Source: Nitrospirales bacterium
GTDB lineage: Bacteria; Nitrospirota; Nitrospiria; Nitrospirales; UBA8639
DNA: 64,000 nucleotides
Direction: 5' to 3'
Assembly: GCA_963555755.3 (NCBI GenBank)
Contig: OY820905.2
Coordinates: 3,936,001 to 4,000,000, forward strand
Shown: positions 39,301 through 48,641 of the stretch, piece after piece
Position numbering within the stretch: the stretch's first letter is position 1
Layout: each line of letters opens with the position of its first letter
Translations under genes and position numbers: made by a program
Notes under the pieces: model-generated
Database searches by the model: none
The model's input: only the letters and a program-made list of their open reading frames with translations
What the model was told of the DNA's origin: nothing

Positions 39301-39499
39301 GGGGCAGAAAAATACACGTTTTCAAGTGCGGAATGTAGGATTAATGTGAGTCTATTCAAATAGGCGGCATTATCCTGATCCGCATAAGATGCCAAAATAA
39401 CTGGACTCGTGGACGTAACCAGTTGAAAAGACAACGATTCTGGCGTATTGTTCAAAAGGCTCGATGCGTGTTATCCGGATAGAAACTCGAAGACCCGTC

Positions 39500-39532
39500 C
39501 TCTTACACGGATCCATCTAAACATTGTTATGC
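39500..39532 (+). other. Candidate attI-like site heading the cassette array
   Basis: ...catctaaacattGTTATGC (GTTRRRY-like core at 39526-39532) with no attC left arm, directly before the first cassette ORF. Confidence 0.4.
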
Positions 39533-39555
39533 GCATTCCGTCACGGAGATCTGCT

Positions 39556-39837
39556 ATGTACGACGCAATCTACAAATCGGAAGACGTCGATCCTGAATTC
39601 CAACCTATTTTCGAGCAGCTTTGTACGGAGTTCGCTTCGAAATACCAGATTTGGAGACGTGTGGAGGATTTCGGTCGATGGCTCAGTGCCGGAGTCTTAA
39701 ATCCGTCGACGCGGGTTGCTGCCACAATCGCCCTGCGGAAAGAAACTCGAAGGCGAACCACGCTCTTGAGCCCGACAGAGATTCAAAGAATTCGCGAGCA
39801 TCTTACATCGGACGCAAGAGAAGATCTCACGCTGTAG
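39556..39837 (+). CDS. Integron cassette 1, hypothetical protein
   Basis: ATG with GGAGA RBS after GTTATGC; followed by a degenerate attC ending GTTAGAC (39887-39893). Confidence 0.55.
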   Translation: MYDAIYKSEDVDPEFQPIFEQLCTEFASKYQIWRRVEDFGRWLSAGVLNPSTRVAATIALRKETRRRTTLLSPTEIQRIREHLTSDAREDLTL

Positions 39838-39923
39838 ATGAATGTACGGCGCAAGCTGACTCAGCACCTGCAGCGCTAAGGCGTACGTTAGACGACTAAC
39901 AAGACTTTGAACGAAAGCCTAGA

Positions 39924-40274
39924 ATGGAATCTCTTTCCTGGATGTCGGTGCTTTTCTACTGTCTATTTGGCACCTTCGTTTACTACCAACAACTACACGT
40001 AAGAGATTTTCAAGGAGCCAGCAAAGCGTTTGAGCTGATCCTTTCGCTGTCCGTGTTTGCAGGACTGATCACAGGTGTAGTGTACTTGATCTACTATGGT
40101 TGGACAGTAGTGTGGTGGGCGCCGATCGTGATTTTTGTAATAGGAATATTGTTCACCTTTATAGGCGTTGTTATCGAGCAGTTGTTAGGGAAGTTCACTC
40201 TGAGCCTTTTGGGGTTCATTGGGTGGCCAGTGTGTGCCTATTTCATGTTTCATTATGTCCCTGAAGTCGCCTAA
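39924..40274 (+). CDS. Integron cassette 2, small multi-TM membrane protein
   Basis: Hydrophobic 116-aa ORF whose TAA lies in the attC R'' box. Confidence 0.75.
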   Translation: MESLSWMSVLFYCLFGTFVYYQQLHVRDFQGASKAFELILSLSVFAGLITGVVYLIYYGWTVVWWAPIVIFVIGILFTFIGVVIEQLLGKFTLSLLGFIGWPVCAYFMFHYVPEVA

Positions 40275-40328
40275 CCCTGCGCTTCAGCGGACGCTGCTAT
40301 AACGGCGCCGCTGAGCTTTGCGTTAGGC
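40269..40328 (+). other. attC site
   Basis: GCCTAAC-5nt-GCTTCAGC...GCTGAGC-5nt-GTTAGGC. Confidence 0.88.
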
Positions 40329-40343
40329 AGCCCAAGAGGTGCT

Positions 40344-41114
40344 ATGAGCATCGCACTCGAGGAACAGAAGCTGTTCGACGAGTGGTCCGTAGGCCGACAC
40401 GACTTCGTGAGAGACGGCGTCGTGGACCCAGGCGCCTTCGGGTCGTCAGCGCCTCGGATCCTGTTTGTTCTCAAGGAAGTGAATGACCCTGGTGGCGGTG
40501 GGTGGGATCTGCGGGAATTCCTTCGCGAGGGTGCGCGCTCCCAAACCTGGAACGTGGGCACGTGGTGGGTTCGATCGATCCGGGCACTCCCTGGGCAGAT
40601 TCCCTGGAGTTCGCTCGACGAGATCTCCGAGGACGACCGCGTCAAAGAGCTGCGGTCGATCGCTGCGATGAACCTAAAGAAGTCGCCCGGCGGGCACACG
40701 TCTGATTCAGCTGAGATCGAAGACGCGAGCCGTCGAGACGCCGAGCTCATCCGGCGTCAATTCGAACTGTACGAACCCGACCTTGCAATCTGCTGCGGCA
40801 GCGCCGTCTCGGATGGACTTGAACGCGCGCGCTATGCAGGTGCCCAGCCAGACTGGAAAGCGACGACGCGTGGCGTGTGGTTCTATCAGCACGCACCTGG
40901 CGCTCGCGTGATCTCGTTCTCTCATCCAGAGGCTCGGGTGGCTCAGAACATCTTGCACTACTCACTCGTCGACGCAGTTCAGGAGATCTGCGGGGCCGCC
41001 TACCAACCGTTGCAGTGGACCAACAACAGCTCGGTTCAATTGGACTTGGTTGCCGTCTGGCGGCATACTGTGTCGAACGGGTCGGGTCCGGTCAGTGCTG
41101 TTGCTGACCGCTAA
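40344..41114 (+). CDS. Integron cassette 3, uracil-DNA-glycosylase-like protein (native end probably ~41002, reads through a damaged attC)
   Basis: RILFVLKE.N, NLKKSPG, PD..ICCG and HP.AR motifs. Confidence 0.6.
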   Translation: MSIALEEQKLFDEWSVGRHDFVRDGVVDPGAFGSSAPRILFVLKEVNDPGGGGWDLREFLREGARSQTWNVGTWWVRSIRALPGQIPWSSLDEISEDDRVKELRSIAAMNLKKSPGGHTSDSAEIEDASRRDAELIRRQFELYEPDLAICCGSAVSDGLERARYAGAQPDWKATTRGVWFYQHAPGARVISFSHPEARVAQNILHYSLVDAVQEICGAAYQPLQWTNNSSVQLDLVAVWRHTVSNGSGPVSAVADR

Positions 41115-41131
41115 ACGCCGATCCGTTAGCC
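40998..41131 (+). other. attC site with a 1-nt deletion in R''
   Basis: GCCTA-CCAACCGTTGCAGTGG...CCGCTAAACG..GTTAGCC; inner caacagc/gctgttg arms. Confidence 0.72.
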
Positions 41132-41240
41132 CCCCGGTGCTATCGAAACATCCGCAGTTAGGCTGAAGCGCCGGGGCCGTGGCGGGGGCAATGCCCTGAG
41201 GCTAAGACGATTGCGGTGAAGCTTCTCCGCAGGAGGACTA

Positions 41241-41753
41241 ATGCGGATACCAGGGGCGCTTCTGTTCGGCTTACTTCTTGTTACTATTGCAACTGGATGC
41301 GGGTCGGTAGAACATAGCAGGGCAGTCAAACGGGGAGACGCCCCATGGTATGTGGTCACGATTACTTCCCCTGATACAGAGATTCAAGAAGGAGAGATGA
41401 GAATCTATAAACTCCTTCGACAGGCTGGCTCACCAGAAGGACAGAAGGAGGGATTGACGGCTGACAAACGGTGGGGAGAGGGAAATGGAGAAATTGAGCG
41501 CACGGACCACGGAACGATCATGACCCATGCCCAAATCAGCTGGGACCAATCTGACCCGAAGACGTGCATATTTCAAGTGAGCGTAGTCTATCTAGATGAA
41601 AAGGAACAGTTCATGTTCTCGTTTGAGAGCAAGAAGTCCGATCCATGTGAGAAAGCGGAGTTTGAGAGTCCCTACTTTAGCGGGCGTATCCAGACTGAAG
41701 ATCGCGAGTGGAGGACCATAAACTTTCAGTTCCGCCGGTGGGGAGGTGGCTAA
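41241..41753 (+). CDS. Integron cassette 4, hypothetical lipoprotein
   Basis: RBS AGGAGG, lipobox ATGC, stop codon inside GGCTAAC. Confidence 0.75.
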   Translation: MRIPGALLFGLLLVTIATGCGSVEHSRAVKRGDAPWYVVTITSPDTEIQEGEMRIYKLLRQAGSPEGQKEGLTADKRWGEGNGEIERTDHGTIMTHAQISWDQSDPKTCIFQVSVVYLDEKEQFMFSFESKKSDPCEKAEFESPYFSGRIQTEDREWRTINFQFRRWGGG

Positions 41754-41812
41754 CAAGTCGCTCCAGCCGACCGGCCCCTGCGGCCCGCAGCGGCTGAGCT
41801 CTATCGTTAGGT
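41748..41812 (+). other. attC site
   Basis: GGCTAAC-5nt-GCTCCAGC...GCTGAGC-GTTAGGT. Confidence 0.88.
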
Positions 41813-41819
41813 GGCAAAA

Positions 41820-41964
41820 ATGTTGATCAACCTTCAAGCTATTCCAGATGACGACGTTTCTTTCTTAAGCGGCTTCTGTGGCCTCGCATCTGATTTGGTT
41901 CAACAGTGGCGGCCTCGTGAAGTTTTCGTGGTTCGGATAGACAACTGGTTCGATGTGAAGGTCA
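41820..41964 (+). pseudogene. Integron cassette 5, truncated by a REPIN-like element
   Basis: ORF starts just after the attC and runs into the repeat at 41965. Confidence 0.5.
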
Positions 41965-42137
41965 GGGGGTCAGTTCTCACATTCCTACATCTTTTCGATG
42001 GCCTCGCACCGGGCCCCTCGTGAGGTGACAGGAAAGAGTTCGCACAAAAATTCAATCGTCACGGTCCAGCCATGCTTTGCGAAGTGCACTGTTTGTAGGA
42101 ATGTGAGAACTGACTCCCAAACTGAGAACTGACCCCC
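41965..42137. repeat. REPIN-like inverted pair (GGGGGTCAGTTCTCACATTCCTACA)
   Basis: 25-nt arms at 41965-41989 and 42094-42118 plus a partial third; same motif abuts the RAYT relic at 51313. Confidence 0.72.
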
Positions 42138-42297
42138 AAACGACCACCAAACCTTCCGGATTCGAGAACACTTCGTGGGCTATACCGGAAGGCGGGAAGA
42201 GAAGCCCAGCGGCCATTAGTTTTGCTGAAAATTGTTTTAAAGGAAGAACTTCCCTATAATTTCAAAAAGATAAGACCTAGACTGATAGGAGAAGCCG

Positions 42298-42525
42298 ATG
42301 AAAAAAGTCACTGCTGCAGATACATTGAGTCTCTCCATTCCTGATCGCATTCAATTGGTTGAAGATATTTGGGATACGATTGCCAGTCAGGCGGAAGGTG
42401 TTGAACTCACTGACGAAGAAAAAAAACTAATTGACGAACGGTTAGAAGCCTACCATCGCGATCCTCAAGTTGGTTCATCCTGGAATGAGGTATATCAGCG
42501 AATTGTAAGTACCCATGGCCTTTGA
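42298..42525 (+). CDS. Putative addiction-module antitoxin
   Basis: LS..DRIQLVEDIWDTI...ERL.AY...P....SW.EV motif. Confidence 0.85.
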   Translation: MKKVTAADTLSLSIPDRIQLVEDIWDTIASQAEGVELTDEEKKLIDERLEAYHRDPQVGSSWNEVYQRIVSTHGL

Positions 42526-42820
42526 CCTTCTTGTCAGGCCTGAGGCCGAACAGGACTTGGCTGAAGCGTTTCAGTGGTATGAAAGTCAACGAGCAGGGTT
42601 AGGCCGAGACTTTCTTTTGCATGTTCAGGAAGGGTTTCAGTTTGTAGAGCGAACGCCCCTTGTCTTTTCCGAACGATATCACGGTGTTCGGCAACATCTC
42701 ATTAAACGCTTCCCGTATAAAATCTTCTACAAAGTTCAAGACCAAACGGTGGTCATTCTCGCTGTGGTGTATGGCGGACGAGATCCTGATTGGGTGAAGA
42801 AGAGACTGAAAAAAAGCTAG
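42515..42820 (+). CDS. RelE/ParE family toxin
   Basis: PEAEQDL.EA..WYE....GLG..F and RFPY.I.Y motifs; overlaps the antitoxin. Confidence 0.88.
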   Translation: MAFDLLVRPEAEQDLAEAFQWYESQRAGLGRDFLLHVQEGFQFVERTPLVFSERYHGVRQHLIKRFPYKIFYKVQDQTVVILAVVYGGRDPDWVKKRLKKS

Positions 42821-43238
42821 TCATTTTCTTTGCCTTTCGATTTTTTAGTCAATCAATAATTTTGGGTGGCATGGCTCTCCATTTTTTATGCGGGGGACGA
42901 CACCCCACATAAAAATAAATGCAGCTGGGGAGTGCCCACCCTACTTAAATCTAACCATTTGCCCAACGCCAGTTACGTATTTACCCCCTCATCCTTGACC
43001 CTCAATAGGTCAGGGTGGTAGCGTCACTCCTTCTCAAATCCTCATCGTAATCACGAGCCTCTGGACCCCCAGTTACCCAGGTCTATATGCGGGAGATTCC
43101 CAAGAGCCGTATGGTATTTTTTGTATAGGGGTCTCTGAGTCCTTTGATTAATCTCTTGAACGATGGTGGTGAAACGGGGAAAAAATTTCAGGCGATTCAC
43201 GAATTTTCAAGGTTCATTGACCCAGAGGAACGTATTTA

Positions 43239-44321
43239 ATGGCGAGGAAATATAATTTTAGTGCTGGCCCGGCGATGTTACCGGAAGCTGTGCTGAAAAA
43301 GGCTCAAGAAGAATTGCCGGATTGGCATGGGGCTGGTGCCTCTATTATGGAAATGAGTCACCGGGGCAAAGAGTTCGTTTCAGTGCATGCCGAGGCTGAA
43401 AAAGATGTCCGTGACCTATTGGGAGTCCCGGATAATTATAAAGTTCTGTTTTTGCAGGGGGGCGCTTCGGCACAGTTCGCAACAATTCCCATGAACCTGT
43501 TACGTGGGAAGACCAAAGCCGATTACATCTGGACGGGTTCCTGGGGAAAAAAGGCTATCAGTGAGGCGAAGAAATATTGCTCGGTGAATGTCGCGGCTTC
43601 TTCGGAAGGCGATAAATTTACGACGATCCCGCCCTTCGAAAGTTGGTCGTTGAGCCAAGATGCGGCCTATGTGCACTACACGCCAAACGAGACGATTGAG
43701 GGTGTGGAATTTCACTGGATGCCGGATGTCGGTGATGTACCACTGGTGGCAGATTTTTCCTCGACGATTTTGTCTCGGCCGATTGATGTGAGTCGATTCG
43801 GGCTGATTTATGCTGGCGCTCAAAAGAATATTGGCCCGGCAGGGGTGACCTTAGTTATCGTAAGGGATGATCTTATGGGCGATGTTTTGCCGATCACGCC
43901 TAGTGTGTTTGATTATGCTCAACAAGCGAAAGCCGATTCGATGCTGAATACGCCGCCGACCTATGGGATCTACCTGGCGGGTTTGGTCTTTAAGTGGATG
44001 AAAGCGCAGGGTGGCCTTTCGGCTATGGGTGCGATCAACGAGCGGAAGGCCAAGAAGCTGTATGCGGCTATTGACAGTTCCAGCTTCTATAGTAATCCTG
44101 TTGAGAAATCTTCCCGATCCTGGATGAATGTGACGTTTGTGTTGGCCAATGCCGAGTTGGATAAGGAGTTTCTAGCCGGTGCCGAGGAAACAGGGTTGAC
44201 GACTCTCAAAGGGCATCGTTCAGTGGGTGGTATGCGTGCCAGCATTTATAACGCGATGCCGGAAGCCGGTGTGGATGCGCTCATCGACTATATGGCGGAT
44301 TTTGAAAAACGGAAAACCTAG
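43239..44321 (+). CDS. serC: Phosphoserine aminotransferase
   Basis: [34 protein letters not shown] and [15 protein letters not shown] motifs. Confidence 0.97.
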   Translation: MARKYNFSAGPAMLPEAVLKKAQEELPDWHGAGASIMEMSHRGKEFVSVHAEAEKDVRDLLGVPDNYKVLFLQGGASAQFATIPMNLLRGKTKADYIWTGSWGKKAISEAKKYCSVNVAASSEGDKFTTIPPFESWSLSQDAAYVHYTPNETIEGVEFHWMPDVGDVPLVADFSSTILSRPIDVSRFGLIYAGAQKNIGPAGVTLVIVRDDLMGDVLPITPSVFDYAQQAKADSMLNTPPTYGIYLAGLVFKWMKAQGGLSAMGAINERKAKKLYAAIDSSSFYSNPVEKSSRSWMNVTFVLANAELDKEFLAGAEETGLTTLKGHRSVGGMRASIYNAMPEAGVDALIDYMADFEKRKT

Positions 44322-44331
44322 GGAATAGCCA

Positions 44332-45924
44332 ATGAAAATTTTGATCAGTGATAGCTTGTCGCCTCGGGGTGTGGAAGTCCTGCAACAAGCCGGATTTACG
44401 GCTGATGTGAAAACCAAGTTGAGCAAGGAAGAATTGCTCCAAGAAATCAAAGCCTATGACGGCATCATCGTTCGTTCGGCTACCAAGGTGACGGCTGATG
44501 TGATTGAGGCCGGGGTTCAGCTCAAAATTATCGGTCGGGCCGGGACCGGTTTGGATAACGTCGACAAAGAGGCCGCGACTCGTCGAGGCATTGTTGTCAT
44601 GAATACGCCAGGTGGGAATACCATTACGACGGCTGAGCATACGATTGCGATGATGGTTGCGATGAGCCGAAAAATCCCTCAAGCCACGGCCTCGACCAAG
44701 GCGGGCAAATGGGAAAAAAGTAAATTCATGGGAGCGGAGTTGTACAACAAGACACTGGGCCTTGTTGGTCTTGGGCAGATAGGTACCGTAGTGACCAAAC
44801 TGGCACAGGGATTATCCATGAACGTTATTGGGTATGATCCGTTTCTCGCTCCCGAGCGGGCAAAAGAGCTGGGCATTGAAGCCGTGGAATTACCCGAACT
44901 CTTTCGCCGTTCCGATATTATTTCTGTCCATACTCCGCTGACGAATGAAACCCGGTCGATCATTAATGCCAAAGCTTTTCAGCAGATGAAGGATGGGGTG
45001 ATGATCGTCAATTGTGCCCGAGGCGGAATCGTCAATGAGAAGGATATATTTGAGGCCTTGCAAAGCAAGAAGGTGGCCTCCGCTGCGTTTGATGTGTTTG
45101 AAGAGGAGCCGGTGAAGCCCGATCATCCGTTGCTCACGTTGGAGAACTTTATTTGTTCTCCACATATTGGCGCTTCGACGGAAGAGGCTCAGGAAAACGT
45201 CGCCGTCGGGATTGCGGAACAGTTTGTTGATTATTTCAAGAAAGGCGTGGCTCGTGGAGCTGTGAATGTCCATTCGGTCCCACCAGAAATTCTCCCTCAG
45301 TTGCTACCGTATTTGGGTCTGGTCGAGCGCATGGGACTTTTTCAGTCGCAGCTCATCGATGGCGGTATCGAACGGGTCACGGTTGAGTATTGTGGAGAGG
45401 TGGCCAATTTATCTCTGGCTCCATTGACCGTGGCGGTTCTCAAAGGACTGTTGGCGCCAATTTTGGAAAGTGTCGTGAATTCAGTTAATGCGCCCTTTAT
45501 TGCAAAAAAACGCGGGATCGAAGTGAAAGAGATTAAAGGCAGTGATGCCGGAGAATATACCAGTCTTATTCGAATTCATGTGGAGGCTGGGAAGCAAACC
45601 CACACATTGGTTGGCACGCTGTATCATAAGAAAGATCCTCGTATCGTCGAGAGTAATGCCTATCCCGTGGAAGTGATTCCCGAAGGCTATATGCTGATGA
45701 TTTACAATGTCGATCGCCCTGGGGTCATTGGAACGGTGGGACGTGTTCTCGGAGAGCACAACGTGAACATTGCTCGCATGCAATGTGCTCGAGCCAAAAA
45801 AGGCGAGAATGCGTTGCTCATCATTGGTTTGGATGATCCCCCGTCTCCGCAAGTCATGGAGACGATAAAACAGGAACAAGATATTCTGTCCGTGCGCCTG
45901 GTTGATCTGACTCAGGTGCCCTAG
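44332..45924 (+). CDS. serA: D-3-phosphoglycerate dehydrogenase (long form with ACT domain)
   Basis: GRAG.G.DNVD, GLGQIG, NCARGG, PHIGAST.EAQ and N.DRPGVIG motifs. Confidence 0.96.
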   Translation: MKILISDSLSPRGVEVLQQAGFTADVKTKLSKEELLQEIKAYDGIIVRSATKVTADVIEAGVQLKIIGRAGTGLDNVDKEAATRRGIVVMNTPGGNTITTAEHTIAMMVAMSRKIPQATASTKAGKWEKSKFMGAELYNKTLGLVGLGQIGTVVTKLAQGLSMNVIGYDPFLAPERAKELGIEAVELPELFRRSDIISVHTPLTNETRSIINAKAFQQMKDGVMIVNCARGGIVNEKDIFEALQSKKVASAAFDVFEEEPVKPDHPLLTLENFICSPHIGASTEEAQENVAVGIAEQFVDYFKKGVARGAVNVHSVPPEILPQLLPYLGLVERMGLFQSQLIDGGIERVTVEYCGEVANLSLAPLTVAVLKGLLAPILESVVNSVNAPFIAKKRGIEVKEIKGSDAGEYTSLIRIHVEAGKQTHTLVGTLYHKKDPRIVESNAYPVEVIPEGYMLMIYNVDRPGVIGTVGRVLGEHNVNIARMQCARAKKGENALLIIGLDDPPSPQVMETIKQEQDILSVRLVDLTQVP

Positions 45925-45940
45925 CCAACTGATACGTTCC

Positions 45941-47308
45941 ATGGCACGTCGTCAACATCAACCCGTGGAACGCCAATCCTTCCTCCTGGAGACCTCAGCC
46001 CGATCCCTCATTCCCATGGGCATGGCCACGTTGTTGCCTGAGGCCTCACAACGAGTCCGCCATCTTGAGGCCATGATCTTCGATGGCTTTTCCCGATGGG
46101 GGTATCGGGAAATTATTCCGCCGACCTTTGAATACCTTGATGTTCTTTCAGCTGGGTTACCAGCCGAAACACTGGAGAAATGTTACAAGTTTGCGGATTG
46201 GACCACGGGACGGATTCTCGTGCTTCGCCCTGATGTCACAGCCCAAATTGCCAGGATTGTGGCCATGGGCATGGCGGGTCAAGGCCTCCCTCTTCGGTTG
46301 TGCTATCGCACCACGGTGTTTCGCTATGAGCCGGAACATGCGGGCCGAGAACGTGAAGTATTTCAGCTTGGGGTCGAACTCATTGGAGTTGATGAGGCCT
46401 CGATGGATGCCGAAATCCTCACACTCCTCGTGGAATCCTTGAAAACCCTGGGGTTGGCTGACTTCAAAATTTCGCTGGGCCATGTCGGGTTTTACCAAGC
46501 ACTGCTGGCAAAATCCGGCATGTCTGCTCAAGGACAAAAACAAGCGGAAATCGCGGCAGCTCGAAAAGACCTGCCGAATTTAGAAGGGATTCTCAAATCG
46601 GAACGGGTGCCATCGACGTTGGCTCGGGCTATTCTCGAGGCTCCTGGCCGTTATGGGCGGGAAGAGGTGTTAGAATGGGGCCGCAAGGTTGCGGGTCGGG
46701 ATCAGCGGTTAGTTAAACCTATTGAACGGCTTACCCAAGTGTATCGGTTGCTCGAAGCCACTGGGATTCAGGATCATCTCTTGCTGGACCTCGGTGAATT
46801 CCGTGGATTTGATTACTATGATGGATTGGTCTTTGATGTGTTTTCCGGGAAAGTCGGATGTGAACTGGGTGGTGGAGGGCGGTATAATCACCTTATAGGG
46901 CGCTTTGGCCGAGACCTTCCCTCCACGGGCTTTGCATTGGATATTGATCGTATTTTTCATGCCTTGGATTATGTTAAAAATGACCAGACGTGTTCTTCAT
47001 CGTCAGTTTTGCTGATGTCGCCTGTCAACCGATACGGCGCTGCCTTTAAGGCAGCCCAATTTCTTCGATCTCAAGGGATTACAGTGCTACAGGAGACATT
47101 GGCCAATACCACTTCTACACGGAATCTCAGGGCTCGAAAACGAGCCAATGAGTCCTCCGTGGGCTGGCTTGTACTGGCAGGACAACCTCGCATGAAAGCT
47201 CAAGACGTTGTGGCTATTCGTATGGGTGCAGGGAGAAAATCACAACGGACACTTCGACTTGAAGATTTACCTGACTTGATCAAGAAGGAAAAACATGCCT
47301 CAGTCTGA
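45941..47308 (+). CDS. hisZ: ATP phosphoribosyltransferase regulatory subunit
   Basis: LRPDVTAQIAR, RE.FQ.GVELIG, YY.G..F and GGGRY motifs (HisRS paralogue). Confidence 0.88.
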   Translation: MARRQHQPVERQSFLLETSARSLIPMGMATLLPEASQRVRHLEAMIFDGFSRWGYREIIPPTFEYLDVLSAGLPAETLEKCYKFADWTTGRILVLRPDVTAQIARIVAMGMAGQGLPLRLCYRTTVFRYEPEHAGREREVFQLGVELIGVDEASMDAEILTLLVESLKTLGLADFKISLGHVGFYQALLAKSGMSAQGQKQAEIAAARKDLPNLEGILKSERVPSTLARAILEAPGRYGREEVLEWGRKVAGRDQRLVKPIERLTQVYRLLEATGIQDHLLLDLGEFRGFDYYDGLVFDVFSGKVGCELGGGGRYNHLIGRFGRDLPSTGFALDIDRIFHALDYVKNDQTCSSSSVLLMSPVNRYGAAFKAAQFLRSQGITVLQETLANTTSTRNLRARKRANESSVGWLVLAGQPRMKAQDVVAIRMGAGRKSQRTLRLEDLPDLIKKEKHASV

Positions 47309-48641
47309 CTTATCCGACCTTCGGCTTCCACCGCAAAATCTCGATGCCGAGCAATCGGTTCTCGGAGCCATTATGTTGGACAATTCCTCATTGAGCAAAG
47401 CGTTTGAGGTGATCACGGAAGAAGACTTTTATCGAGGGGCCCACCGTATGATTTATCATGCGATGGTGGAACTGTCTGATTCGAATGAAGTTGTGGATCA
47501 AATCACGCTGACCGCGCAGCTAAAATCCAAAGGGCAGCTCGAACAGGTGGGGGGCGGGGCCTATGTGGCCGAGTTGGTTCAGGCTGTTCCGAGTGCCTCG
47601 AATATCCGATATCACTGTAAAATCGTCCGGGAAAAAGCCTTATTGCGTGGTTTGATTCGGACGGCCACCGAAGTGGTGACCAGAGGCTATGAGGAAGTAG
47701 GGCAATCCGACGATCTGTTGGAATATGCCGAACGGGAAATCTTTCAATTGGCACAGGGGCGGTTGGGCCGTTCCTTCGTTCCCGTGAATCAAATCATTAA
47801 GGAAAGCATCGAGATTGTCGATCGGTTATATAATAAGAAGGAAAGAATCACGGGTGTGCCAACGGGCTTCCGTGTATTGGACGATATCACGGCAGGGTTT
47901 CAGCCATCCGACCTCATTATTATTGCCGGCCGCCCCAGCATGGGAAAAACCAGTTTGGCACTGAGTATAGCTGAGCATGCGGCCATTCGTGCGGAAAAGT
48001 CGATTGGGATTTTCAGTCTGGAAATGTCCAAGGCGCAGTTGGTCCTGCGTATGTTGAGTTCCCAGGCCTATTTGGATTCTCATGCATTGCGGACTGGGCA
48101 ATTGACGGAAAAAGACTGGGTTTCTCTGTGCACGGCTGCTGATCGGTTGGAGCGGGCCAAGATTTTTATCGATGATTCCGGGGCCTTAACCGTCCAGCAA
48201 ATGCGAGGGAAAGCCCGGCGTTTGATGGCTGAGCACGGGCTTGACCTGTTGATTCTCGATTACTTGCAATTAATGCAGGGTCGCAGTGATTCGGAGTCTC
48301 GCCAGCAAGAAATTTCCGATATTAGTCGATCCCTGAAAGCCTTGGCGAAGGAATTGAACATTCCTGTAGTCGCGCTCTCCCAGTTGAGCCGGGCCGTGGA
48401 AAATCGAACAGACAAAAGACCGGTTCTCTCTGACTTGCGGGAATCCGGAGCTATTGAACAAGACGCGGACGTAGTGATGTTCATTTATCGCGATGAGGTA
48501 TATAATCCAGATACAGAGGAAAAAGGCATCGCGGATATCCTTGTGCGAAAACATCGGAATGGACCAACCGGTGATCGTCAGCTGTTTTTCCAAGAACGCT
48601 TCGCCAAATTTACAGATCTCGATTTGAGAGAAGTCAGCTAA
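47295..48641 (+). CDS. dnaB: Replicative DNA helicase
   Basis: PPQNLDAEQSVLG, GRPSMGKT, DYLQLM and DLRESGAIEQDAD motifs. Confidence 0.97.
   Translation: MPQSDLSDLRLPPQNLDAEQSVLGAIMLDNSSLSKAFEVITEEDFYRGAHRMIYHAMVELSDSNEVVDQITLTAQLKSKGQLEQVGGGAYVAELVQAVPSASNIRYHCKIVREKALLRGLIRTATEVVTRGYEEVGQSDDLLEYAEREIFQLAQGRLGRSFVPVNQIIKESIEIVDRLYNKKERITGVPTGFRVLDDITAGFQPSDLIIIAGRPSMGKTSLALSIAEHAAIRAEKSIGIFSLEMSKAQLVLRMLSSQAYLDSHALRTGQLTEKDWVSLCTAADRLERAKIFIDDSGALTVQQMRGKARRLMAEHGLDLLILDYLQLMQGRSDSESRQQEISDISRSLKALAKELNIPVVALSQLSRAVENRTDKRPVLSDLRESGAIEQDADVVMFIYRDEVYNPDTEEKGIADILVRKHRNGPTGDRQLFFQERFAKFTDLDLREVS

Larger units (their letters stand above)
37255..39339 (+). mobile_element. IS1634-family insertion sequence (2085 bp)
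   Basis: TIR CCTACATTCCGCACTTGAAAACGTG at both ends; 6-bp TSD ATTAAT at 37249-37254 and 39340-39345. Confidence 0.93.

Noticed and set aside
42863..42941. Palindromic segment gggtggca...tgcccaccc after the RelE toxin
   Set aside because: Single imperfect copy in the window; may be a terminator or REP but cannot be classified
43239..44321. serC as a xenologous replacement
   Set aside because: Plausible given the adjacent accessory DNA, but it cannot be supported without a phylogeny
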